DNA of 64,000 bases. It comes from a virus. Where the stretch lies: positions 1-64,000 of IMG/VR virus record IMGVR_UViG_3300043788_000023; one strand, given 5' to 3'. The notes below the pieces were generated by a model that was not told where the DNA came from, searched no databases, and was given only the letters and a program-made list of their open reading frames with translations. The position numbers were made by a program, and so were the translations under genes. This document shows, in pieces, positions 54,459-62,844 of the stretch (positions are counted from its first letter, which is position 1; every line of letters starts with the position of its first letter).

Positions 54459-54959
54459 TTACTTCTTGGAGTCGAGCTTCTCGACTTCGCGACGAATCTC
54501 TTCGTCTCTGGCAGACATGATGTCCCGCCAGTGGTTCAGGATGCTGTTGATGGTCGTCTCGTCAAGCTTGACCATCTTCATCGCTTCTTTCACGCACTCG
54601 GCGGTTTGACCCATGACGTACTTGAACTTCTTGCCGTCCAAGTTCAGGAAGTCCTTGTGGCTGAGTGTGTCAGCTTCCATGATTTCCTTGCCAAGTTCAC
54701 GGAGCGCTTTGACCTGCGTTTCGTATACCTTGACCTTCATGCCTTCAATCAAGTTGACATCGTTGCTGTACTTGATCATCAGCTTGCTGATTGAGGCGAT
54801 CTCTTCCGCGATGAGCCTCTTGATCTTCGCTGGAGGCGTCGTCTCGTCCTGAATCATGGAGATGATTTGACCCAGTTTGGAGTCACGCTCCTGCTCGGAC
54901 TGTTCCGGTTGACCGCTGACGTTACCTGCTTCGTCAATGTTTAGCTTCCACTCTTCCAT
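54459..54959 (-). CDS. Hypothetical helical protein
   Basis: 166 aa within the operon. Confidence 0.75.
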   Translation of the reverse strand: MEEWKLNIDEAGNVSGQPEQSEQERDSKLGQIISMIQDETTPPAKIKRLIAEEIASISKLMIKYSNDVNLIEGMKVKVYETQVKALRELGKEIMEADTLSHKDFLNLDGKKFKYVMGQTAECVKEAMKMVKLDETTINSILNHWRDIMSARDEEIRREVEKLDSKK

Positions 54960-54962
54960 GGC

Positions 54963-57182
54963 TTATTCCAAATCCACCTTAAAGTGATCGTTCATCTCCA
55001 CGTCGTCCCTCTTGGGTCCGCTCGTGTCAATGTCTTGCATTTCGTGCGATCCGGTCAGGTCAAACTCATTCAGTATTGCGTGACCGTCTGTCGCCTTCTT
55101 CTCTCCGGCGTGCTTCTCAAAGCCGGGGTACGACAAGAGGTGCTGGTCATCCGGCACCGATGCCACGACTTGCGTGACGGGGCGGCGCTGTGGGTCTAGC
55201 ATCCTCACCTGCTCGGGCTTGAAGCCAAGCTTGCCGACGAGGAATGCACGATCCGACTCGGATACGGCGATCTTGCCGGGGCGCTTCTTCATGTCTTCAA
55301 CGAAGCCCGCTACTGCCTTGCGAGCCTCAACTGATCCGACCTTGTTTGCTGCGCTCTTGTAAATCTTCGCAACGCTGTGCCCTGCTTGGTGCAGCGTGCG
55401 AACCTTGGCAGCAGTAACCGTGACTTCCTTGGTTTCTGCCTGCTTGCTGCGCACCTTGTCAACAGTGCTGCTGGCGAACTTCCCGCCAACACGCCCAGCC
55501 TTGGAGCTTGTCTTGCCGCTCTGCTGGTATGCCAGCAATTCCTGCTGGCTGATGGGCTGGACTTCACCGCACGAGGTGCAGAACACCTCGCCGTGCTCGT
55601 CATAGCTAAAGTCACGCTGATCGCCGTCGCAGTTCACGCACGGCCTGACGCTCTCTGCCGCTGCCTCTTCGTAGTCAACTACTGGAGCCAGCGCGTTCTT
55701 GTGGAATTCGCAGCTTGCACACTTTTCCTTGCCCTCGAAAGCCGCATTGCGGATTCCGATGCTGTTCAGGAACGACAAGTCCTTGCTTGCGACCACGATC
55801 TTGTCCTTCGCGTTCTTCCTGAGCGGTTGGACGAAGCCCCGGAACGCAAAGCTCACATCCACGCTTCCGAACTTCTCTTCTGCCCACTTGTAAATCTGCT
55901 CAAGCGATGCACCCTTGGCGTGCAGCTTAGCCACGTGCTCGGAGGAGAAGCGCTTGCTTGATTCACGATTGTCCCCGAAGTTGTAGCTTGCACGCTTGGA
56001 TTGATTGCGGACCTTGGCGTCTGCCGCCTTGACCACGTTGGTCTGCTCGGCGACCTTCGGGTTCTGCACCCGCTTGTCATCGCCGTTTGCGAGAACTACC
56101 AGCGCCGCGTGCTTCCTGTTGTTGGGTACGCCCGGCGTCAGGTGGTTCACGATCTGTGAAAGCTCCTCTGCGCTGGCTACGAGCGGGAGGTGGTACAGGT
56201 TGCATGTCTTGTTGCGTGCGTCCTTGTTGAAGTAGACGCAGCCATCGCATGCAGCGACTTGCTTCACGCTGTGTGCTTGTGGCTTGATGCCAGCACGATC
56301 CCACGCCTTCTTCTGTTGCACGCAGGCGTTGCTGGAGCCGACCTTCTCCACGGGCACTGAGCGATACTGCTCGTTGTCAAAACGGTAGTTAACTGGATCA
56401 GTTGAAGGTTCAACCCTCCAGTCGCTAGGCATTCCTGACCAGCGGGATGCCAACTCATTCGCAGCCTCTTCCGCTTCTTCTGCTGTTGCGAAGCGCTGTG
56501 CGTTTGAAGTGTTCTCCTCCATGACCACCTTGAAGCTGTTAGCAGTCTTGCTGCTAGCCGTGTGATCGTAGGTCGGGCTGGACTTGTCCATGTAGGTGTT
56601 CGGCTCAAGATACGCCAAACCCATCAAGCCAGCGTTGCGCTGGAGATAATCCGTTGCGGACTGGTGATTGAACAGTTCAATCTCCGCAAGCTTCTGAAGC
56701 TGTGCGGCGACCTTCGCCGGAGAATTACCTTGGTTGAGCAAGTCACGGATGTACTTGAACACATGCGCGTCTGAGACTTCTTTCTTGCCTGCGCTGTTCT
56801 CTGCGAGGTTGTTGTTGGTGTACGCCTTCTCAATGCTCTCGGTTACTTCGGTCATCAAGGAATCGTTGTCACCGTCCTTGGACTTGTAATCGTTCATGCG
56901 GCGGTTCGCCGTAACGGCATTGATGCGTGGTGTCGCAGCTTCCTTCTCAGCCATGCGCTCTTCGTAGGTGTGGGCACCGGACTTCGGTCCCCAGACCGGG
57001 GTGTGGCGGCTCGCCGATTCGGCGATGTCGTCTTCAAATTCGGTGTCCACGTACTGGTGTGACCAGTCCGCAACATCTTCGCCGGACTTCTTGGCGTCTT
57101 CCATGCCGAGGTCTTTCCAGTTCGGTTCACGCTCGTCAAGGATAGCGTCAATGATGTTCGTGTATGGTTTCTTGTCTGCCAT
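54963..57182 (-). CDS. Modular protein (~739 aa) with Cys clusters and duplicated helical module
   Basis: Start ATG 57182 after GGAG; repeated VxxLHxxGxSxxxIYK..GSV..F.GFV module. Confidence 0.75.
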   Translation of the reverse strand: MADKKPYTNIIDAILDEREPNWKDLGMEDAKKSGEDVADWSHQYVDTEFEDDIAESASRHTPVWGPKSGAHTYEERMAEKEAATPRINAVTANRRMNDYKSKDGDNDSLMTEVTESIEKAYTNNNLAENSAGKKEVSDAHVFKYIRDLLNQGNSPAKVAAQLQKLAEIELFNHQSATDYLQRNAGLMGLAYLEPNTYMDKSSPTYDHTASSKTANSFKVVMEENTSNAQRFATAEEAEEAANELASRWSGMPSDWRVEPSTDPVNYRFDNEQYRSVPVEKVGSSNACVQQKKAWDRAGIKPQAHSVKQVAACDGCVYFNKDARNKTCNLYHLPLVASAEELSQIVNHLTPGVPNNRKHAALVVLANGDDKRVQNPKVAEQTNVVKAADAKVRNQSKRASYNFGDNRESSKRFSSEHVAKLHAKGASLEQIYKWAEEKFGSVDVSFAFRGFVQPLRKNAKDKIVVASKDLSFLNSIGIRNAAFEGKEKCASCEFHKNALAPVVDYEEAAAESVRPCVNCDGDQRDFSYDEHGEVFCTSCGEVQPISQQELLAYQQSGKTSSKAGRVGGKFASSTVDKVRSKQAETKEVTVTAAKVRTLHQAGHSVAKIYKSAANKVGSVEARKAVAGFVEDMKKRPGKIAVSESDRAFLVGKLGFKPEQVRMLDPQRRPVTQVVASVPDDQHLLSYPGFEKHAGEKKATDGHAILNEFDLTGSHEMQDIDTSGPKRDDVEMNDHFKVDLE

Positions 57183-57183
57183 G

Positions 57184-57501
57184 TTAAAACTCCAGATCGT
57201 CGAGGATGTGCGCGAGGAACGCGGCGGGTCTGTCATCCGGTGCTGCTTGGATTGACTCGCCTTGATTAACCTCGTTGCCCACGAGCTTCACGATTCTGTT
57301 GCCCTGCACCTTCCAAAAGTCCTTCGTTGACGGGCACTCGTAGACGTTGCCTGCAACGCGGCGCATCATGTAGCTGTCAATTTCAAACTGCACGTCACGG
57401 GGGATTTCCATCATTGATGCAAAGTGGTTCTTTGAAAAGATGGACTCGTTGGGCTTCTCGCCCTTCAGACCGTGCGCTGTCTTTGAAAATACCTTTTTCA
57501 T
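57184..57501 (-). CDS. Hypothetical protein
   Basis: 105 aa; KTAH and RRVAG motifs. Confidence 0.75.
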   Translation of the reverse strand: MKKVFSKTAHGLKGEKPNESIFSKNHFASMMEIPRDVQFEIDSYMMRRVAGNVYECPSTKDFWKVQGNRIVKLVGNEVNQGESIQAAPDDRPAAFLAHILDDLEF

Positions 57502-57510
57502 GATGTCCCC

Positions 57511-58392
57511 TTAGCCGTTCTGTCCCATCAGATATGCCGTTGTCTGAAGAGTTGCTCCAGTGACCTTAACGACGCGTATCCACTTCCAAACCAGTCCCGA
57601 AGGGTTCCACAGAGCGCTGACCGTTGAAGCGTTGATAGAGACTTGGGTTTCGGAAAACTGACCGCCAGCAGGAGCAGTCCATGCTGCGCCAGTGAAAGCG
57701 CCTGAGATGTTGACGCCAACAGCCGCGCCGCCAGACTGATCGCTAACAGGCGGAACCCACTGAGTCTGTTGAAATCCGTTGGTCATCGCAAAGCCGGGTT
57801 GATTGATGGGGAGCGCTCCGCTGATTGCGAAGTGCGTAGACTGTCCCGGTCCGAGTGGGTTCACAGTGCCGCCTGGCGTTCCGATGCCGTCAATGAGGCG
57901 CATGGGTTGGTACTGAGGTCCGGTCTGCAATACTTCGGTGTTGGTGACCAGCCCAACGTAGACGTTGTAGCCTGTCACGTAAGGTGCCTGCGCAGCAGTG
58001 GGCGTGGCGGGTGCTACGTAGAGATAATTGCCTGCGAGCACTGCAAGAGAGGATTCGGTAGAGGCCGAGGTCTCGCCCCACTTGGTGACGAACGTGGTCT
58101 TGACGAAAAAGGTCGTGGCGGGAAGCTGGCTGACATCACCCGGAGGTGGGTAGAGATTGAGACCAGTGTTCGCTTGCGGCAAAGATGCGAACTGGCTCAG
58201 TGTGGGAGCCGCACTGGGTGCGCCGATTCCAGTGCCATCAATCGGCGCGTTCGGATCGTTTGAGCCTTCAATAGTGACTGTAGCTTCAAGGTTCGTGAGC
58301 ATCACCGACAAGTTGACGAGGTTGCTGACGTCAATCCATGCGCCGTTGGCGGGAGCGGTGGAACTGAAAATCTGGATGTTTTTTATCTGCAT
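57511..58392 (-). CDS. Probable virion structural protein
   Basis: Beta-rich; VKTTFVTKWGETSAS..GYNVYVG module typical of phage structural proteins. Confidence 0.65.
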   Translation of the reverse strand: MQIKNIQIFSSTAPANGAWIDVSNLVNLSVMLTNLEATVTIEGSNDPNAPIDGTGIGAPSAAPTLSQFASLPQANTGLNLYPPPGDVSQLPATTFFVKTTFVTKWGETSASTESSLAVLAGNYLYVAPATPTAAQAPYVTGYNVYVGLVTNTEVLQTGPQYQPMRLIDGIGTPGGTVNPLGPGQSTHFAISGALPINQPGFAMTNGFQQTQWVPPVSDQSGGAAVGVNISGAFTGAAWTAPAGGQFSETQVSINASTVSALWNPSGLVWKWIRVVKVTGATLQTTAYLMGQNG

Positions 58393-58418
58393 GCCGTTTG
58401 ACCCCTAACCTAACCCCT

Positions 58419-58438
58419 CACCTACAGGGCGTGATAGT
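58419..58438 (-). promoter_or_regulatory. Putative late-promoter motif ACTATCACGCCCTGTAGGTG
   Basis: At the head of the 58.4-45.9 kb operon. Confidence 0.45.
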
Positions 58439-58499
58439 TGCGAAAAGCGGTTTCTATTGGTGAAACGGCACGTTCACCGCTGCCAGAGCCGTAAGTAGA

Positions 58500-58598
58500 G
58501 TCCTGCCGTCCCTTAAACCCGGCTTCTTAGTCGGGTCTCGACGTGAGGCGTGATCCTCCGAAGGGTGCCGGGGCTGGCAGGACGGTAGTCCCGGCATC
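58500..58598 (+). ncRNA. Candidate structured RNA with pseudoknot
   Basis: Two hairpins with G-U pairs on the + strand; the loop GGCAGGAC is complementary to upstream GTCCTGCC. Confidence 0.35.
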
Positions 58599-58639
58599 TA
58601 AACTTGGGTAGCAAAATGAAGCGCCTTGTGCTAAAAGCG

Positions 58640-59149
58640 CTACTGGTCGTCCTTCTTGGGGTTGCTGTCGGGTGTGCGGTCTACGCTTTCTTCGCTCTTT
58701 GGAGTCTCGTCTACGCGTTCGGCTGGCTCGTTACCACTTTCGTTTACCTGCTCCAAAGCCTTCATCAGTAGCCCCGGATCGTCCTTGAAGCACTCCATGC
58801 CGCGGTTGCATGTGGTGCAGAGGAGCCGCTTCTGGTAGCCGAAGACGTGGACGTGGGTGTCGCGGTGGTACAGCGTGAGGGAGGCTCCGCAGATGAGGCA
58901 CTTCTTGTCCTGCGTGCGCCAGAGTTCAAGGTAGTCGTTCGGCGACATCCGCCACTTCTGCTCAAGAAGCTGCTCAAAGGCGGCGACCTTAGCCCAGAAC
59001 GACCCGGTGTAGGCGTTGTGACAGGTCTTGCAGTAGTCCTGCCTGCCAGAGGCGGTGCGGCGGTTCTCGCCAAAGGCGTCCAAGGGCAACCACTTGGAGC
59101 ACTTGTTGCACCACTTCTCTTTGTCGTTGAAAAGCCGTTTGCGTCCCAT
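58640..59149 (-). CDS. Zn-finger plus degenerate endonuclease VII-like protein
   Basis: KWCNKC..YCKTC; QDKKCLICG..LLCTTCNRG..FKDDP; lacks the VDHDH motif. Confidence 0.7.
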   Translation of the reverse strand: MGRKRLFNDKEKWCNKCSKWLPLDAFGENRRTASGRQDYCKTCHNAYTGSFWAKVAAFEQLLEQKWRMSPNDYLELWRTQDKKCLICGASLTLYHRDTHVHVFGYQKRLLCTTCNRGMECFKDDPGLLMKALEQVNESGNEPAERVDETPKSEESVDRTPDSNPKKDDQ

Positions 59150-59167
59150 GATACCCCTGAGGAATCC

Positions 59168-59187
59168 CCTAATTAAAGAACGGAAGT
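59168..59187 (-). promoter_or_regulatory. Putative late-promoter motif ACTTCCGTTCTTTAATTAGG
   Basis: Back-to-back with the + strand copy at 59202-59221. Confidence 0.5.
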
Positions 59188-59201
59188 TAAGATATTTCTC
59201 C

Positions 59202-59221
59202 GCTATCCGTGCCCTTTGCAG
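59202..59221 (+). promoter_or_regulatory. Putative late-promoter motif GCTATCCGTGCCCTTTGCAG
   Basis: 20-nt motif upstream of ATG 59249. Confidence 0.55.
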
Positions 59222-59248
59222 AGGACACTTCCTCCAAGGTTCAATTCA

Positions 59249-61168
59249 ATGGCTAACAACATTGTTCTACAGCCCGCCAGCGCCAATAACGGCGACGCAT
59301 TCGCCCTAACAGGCGTCTCTAGCGTTTACCACCAGCCGTCAGCGTTTCAGCCCATCGGCGTGACTGTCTACAGCACCGCCAGCATCCCGGCGAACGCGAA
59401 CAACGCCCTCGCAGGCAAGGCGCTCGTTATCTCCGGTTTCGCCGCAGCAGGCAACAACGGCACGTTCCTCGTCCTCTCGTCCACAGCGACGACCGTCACC
59501 ACCAACAACGCAAACGGCGTGGTTGTCGTGGCAGCCGGACTCGCATCTTATTCAGCGCCGGGGTTTCCAGTTCATTGGTCATCCAAGATTGAAAAGCTCG
59601 CAAACACCAACCAAGGCGACAACGTCAGCGTGAACCTCGCTGGCGGTGAGACCCTCGTCGCAATCGCATTCGGTCTGAAGAGCCTGTGGCCCTTTGACCA
59701 GCTTCACGGCACGGAACCTTACTACCCGCAATTCGGCAACAGCGCTGGCACCAGCGGCAACTACCCGAATGGTGGCTTCGCCATCGGTGAACTCGCTGGC
59801 TTGAACGACTTCAACGCCAACCCTGTGATTTCGGACAACTCGTCCGTCACTCCTGAGTCGCCGTTTGACGCACAACTCGGTACGGCAGCCAACTACGCAC
59901 TGCTCGCAGCCTCGGGCATCACGAACACTGGCTCTTCCGTCATCACTGGCGGAAACGTCGGATCATTCCCGACCGCGACCATCACGCCTGGTGCATGGAC
60001 CCTGACTCCTCCGGCAGTGGTTGACAACTCCGACGCAGCAGCAGCACAAGCTGCGGTGGTTCCGGCAGTCACCTACTTCAACGGCTTGACTGCAACTCAG
60101 TCCGGTCTCGCCAACCTCTCCACCAACGATGGTGGCGGTGGCGCAGGTGTTTACCACGCTGGCGTGTTCGTCGGCGGCGCACTTGACATCCCGACCAGCA
60201 TCACGCTGGATGCGCAGGGCAACCCGAACGCTACGTTCGTGTTCCGCTCCGCTTCCACCACGACGCTTGAGTCTGGCGCATCCATCATCCTCGCAAACGG
60301 CGCACAGCCGCAGAACGTGGTCTGGATCGTCGGTAGCTCTTTCACCTCTATCTTCGCCGTTACCTCCAATATGGTCGGTACGATCATTGCCCACACGTCA
60401 GTCACGCTGGGCGGGGGAACCTTGAAGGGTCGTGCAATCGCTCAGACTGGCGCGATCACCATCTCGTCGGCGGACAACATCACCGTGTCCAGCATCGGCG
60501 GTAGCGTCAACAACTGGACGCTTGTCGCACACATCAACCTCGTGGACTCGGACTACACCGTTGCGTACCCCTTCTCCGGACCTTTGGCGAATGGTACCCT
60601 GAGTCCGTTCGTGCCATCCAATCCGTACCAGTCCAGCAAGTGGAGCATTGACGGCTACTACCCGAGCCTGTACGTTTGGGTCGCCACGGCTGCAAACGCT
60701 GGGACGTACAACATCAACCTCAACTCCGTTTATCAGAACGGCATCATTGAACCTGCGGACCTCGCGGCTGGCAAGCAGATTTTTGACGGCGGCGTGAACT
60801 TCCAAGTCTTCAAGTTCACGGGCGCTGGCAACCCGGAAGTCTCCTTCGCTATCGGAACGTCATCGGCGGCGGTTGCAACTCCCGGCCCGATCACGACAAC
60901 CGCAGCGAACGGCGACGCCCTCATCTCTATCGGCTTGATGAAGAACGGCAACGTCTTCAGCGCAGGCACGCAGAATGTGGGCGGCGGTGTGGCAACTGGT
61001 GCGGCAATGACCCAGATTTCTACAGGCAAGCTGGTTGGTTCCGAAGCCCACTACATGGTGGAATACGGGACGACTGCTCCTGGTTCGGCTGGTTCCTTCA
61101 ACCCGAACTTCTCTAACCCCCTCGGGTACGAGATGGTCATCGCGTCAATCGGCATCCTGTCCACCTAA
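59249..61168 (+). CDS. Probable virion protein with internal DUF3494 ice-binding domain
   Basis: LGTAANYALLAASGITNTGSSVITGGNVG..TLDAQGNPNATFVF..LANGAQPQNVVWIVGSS..GTIIA..GRAIAQTGAIT (~59876-60486); likely start ATG 59249. Confidence 0.85.
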   Translation: MANNIVLQPASANNGDAFALTGVSSVYHQPSAFQPIGVTVYSTASIPANANNALAGKALVISGFAAAGNNGTFLVLSSTATTVTTNNANGVVVVAAGLASYSAPGFPVHWSSKIEKLANTNQGDNVSVNLAGGETLVAIAFGLKSLWPFDQLHGTEPYYPQFGNSAGTSGNYPNGGFAIGELAGLNDFNANPVISDNSSVTPESPFDAQLGTAANYALLAASGITNTGSSVITGGNVGSFPTATITPGAWTLTPPAVVDNSDAAAAQAAVVPAVTYFNGLTATQSGLANLSTNDGGGGAGVYHAGVFVGGALDIPTSITLDAQGNPNATFVFRSASTTTLESGASIILANGAQPQNVVWIVGSSFTSIFAVTSNMVGTIIAHTSVTLGGGTLKGRAIAQTGAITISSADNITVSSIGGSVNNWTLVAHINLVDSDYTVAYPFSGPLANGTLSPFVPSNPYQSSKWSIDGYYPSLYVWVATAANAGTYNINLNSVYQNGIIEPADLAAGKQIFDGGVNFQVFKFTGAGNPEVSFAIGTSSAAVATPGPITTTAANGDALISIGLMKNGNVFSAGTQNVGGGVATGAAMTQISTGKLVGSEAHYMVEYGTTAPGSAGSFNPNFSNPLGYEMVIASIGILST

Positions 61169-61186
61169 GCCTTTTGGCAAACAACG

Positions 61187-61221
61187 AAGGGCGGGCCTAA
61201 AAAGCCCGCCCTTTTTCTTTT
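61187..61221 (+). terminator. Intrinsic terminator
   Basis: AAGGGCGGGC/GCCCGCCCTT stem followed by a T-tract. Confidence 0.85.
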
Positions 61222-61346
61222 GGATTCTCCGAAAAACTCCAGTATTGGGTATTATTGCAGTGTGAGGGACTACTCAGCCTTCGGGCTACACTTGTCCAGT
61301 ATCCACTATACGCCAAATTTTGCGTAGTTCAAGAGGAAAAGGACAA

Positions 61347-62084
61347 GTGAGCGAAAACACCCCGTATTTTGATAGCATCACATCGGCTCGATCAATGCTG
61401 CTGAACGAAGAAGAGCAGCTTGAAGGCACCACCACAATCAGCCTTGAAACATGCGCTGACATGACAGAGGAAGACATCCTCACCTACGTCATGGAAAACT
61501 TCTCGGAATTCCTGAAGTTCCTCCGCTACCTGAAGAAGGAAGACCAAGAGCTTCTGCTCTCGTACTACCTGCTGAGCAAGACCCAAAACACCCTCGCCAT
61601 CATCCACAAGTCCACGCAGACGGTCTGCTCGTTCCGCATCCGCATGGCGGTCAAGACGCTGGCTTGTTTCATCATGATGGGGGAGCCGACCGTTGACCAC
61701 ATGCACGGCATCCTTGAACAGGCAGGGATGGAAAAAAGTCTGGAGAAAATTGATCTGTCAGAGATCATTGACCTCTACGCGAAGACACGCTCATTCCAGC
61801 GGATCGCAGAAGTCCACGGGCTGCACCGCCCCGACATACGCCGTGCCATGAGCCGGGCGTCCAAGGCGCTCATGGAATCCAAAGACCCGAACGAGCACGC
61901 CCTCGGCGCATACATCCACAGCTTGATTGACAAGGCGAATCCGTCAGGGGTGGGCTACAGCAAGAGGAAGATGCAGAAGTTAGGGCACATCTACAGGGTT
62001 GATCCGCCGCTACTCGGTGAGTTCCGAATCAAGGTGTCAGACCCGGACTTTGACCACATGTTCGTGAGCCGGGCGAACCGCTAG
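61347..62084 (+). CDS. Protein with two sigma-region-4-like HTH segments
   Basis: LKKEDQELL..YY..KTQNTLA..TQ..SFRI and RSFQRIAEVHGLHRPDIRRAM; likely GTG start at 61347. Confidence 0.6.
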   Translation: MSENTPYFDSITSARSMLLNEEEQLEGTTTISLETCADMTEEDILTYVMENFSEFLKFLRYLKKEDQELLLSYYLLSKTQNTLAIIHKSTQTVCSFRIRMAVKTLACFIMMGEPTVDHMHGILEQAGMEKSLEKIDLSEIIDLYAKTRSFQRIAEVHGLHRPDIRRAMSRASKALMESKDPNEHALGAYIHSLIDKANPSGVGYSKRKMQKLGHIYRVDPPLLGEFRIKVSDPDFDHMFVSRANR

Positions 62085-62455
62085 ACTTTTTCTTTGGCGG
62101 ATTTCTCGGCTTCTTCAACCTTCTCAATCAGTTGTTCCGCCATCACTTCGGTCACAATCATCTCAAGCTGGTCGCTCGGAATCTTGGCGTACCAGTTGCC
62201 GTTCCACTGAATAGGCAACGACAGCTTCCGTATCAAGTGACCCAATTCCTGCTCCATCGCATAGTGAAACCCGCAGCCCATGTAAAGCACCTTGGACAGT
62301 TTGCCGATGCGGGGGGCGATGTCGGTCAAGAGCCGCATCTGCATTTCCTCACGCCACTCGTTGTACTTGTCGGCTTCGGCGAGAAGGACGGCAGAATTCT
62401 CACGCCACTTTTCGTAGGTCATTTCCGGCAGCTTCAATTTGTTGTCGTCGCTCAT
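62081..62455 (-). CDS. Hypothetical protein
   Basis: 124 aa; -10 element 6 nt upstream of the ATG (probably leaderless). Confidence 0.7.
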   Translation of the reverse strand: MSDDNKLKLPEMTYEKWRENSAVLLAEADKYNEWREEMQMRLLTDIAPRIGKLSKVLYMGCGFHYAMEQELGHLIRKLSLPIQWNGNWYAKIPSDQLEMIVTEVMAEQLIEKVEEAEKSAKEKV

Positions 62456-62461
62456 ACCATC

Positions 62462-62491
62462 AGTATACAGCGAGCGGGGAGGTATTGTCCA
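62462..62491 (-). promoter_or_regulatory. Sigma70-like promoter TGGACA-N18-TATACT
   Basis: Matches the promoter at 387-416. Confidence 0.6.
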
Positions 62492-62658
62492 GCCCTAAGA
62501 CGTTGAAAACAAGGTTCTTAATCTTTGGGGATGCGGAAAATCAGACTCAGGAGGGAGACCCAAATCCAGTCTATCGCAAGGAAGATGCCTAGAACGCAGA
62601 GCACGAGAAAGGCGCAACCGAACGCCAGCAGTAAGTCGGAGAATAGGTTGAACAGCAT

Positions 62659-62844
62659 TTATTGAATTGGCTCTACTCGGTACTCTCTCAATAACCCCGT
62701 TATGACGCCGTCTTTACGGTTTTGCTTTCTTGCCCAGCGTTCCGCTGCCCCAAATGTCATAAACTCGGCACGTTTCCCGTTCTTGAGATCGGCGTCGTAC
62801 TCACACTTCATCAGCAGGTTGATCCACACGATCTTGAATTTCAT
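62659..62844 (-). CDS. Hypothetical protein
   Basis: Abuts the upstream gene stop. Confidence 0.6.
   Translation of the reverse strand: MKFKIVWINLLMKCEYDADLKNGKRAEFMTFGAAERWARKQNRKDGVITGLLREYRVEPIQ

Noticed and set aside
46843-57182. Calling any of these proteins major capsid, portal or prohead protease
   Set aside because: No recognisable HK97, portal or protease motifs; the inferred maturation protease is not identifiable in this window.
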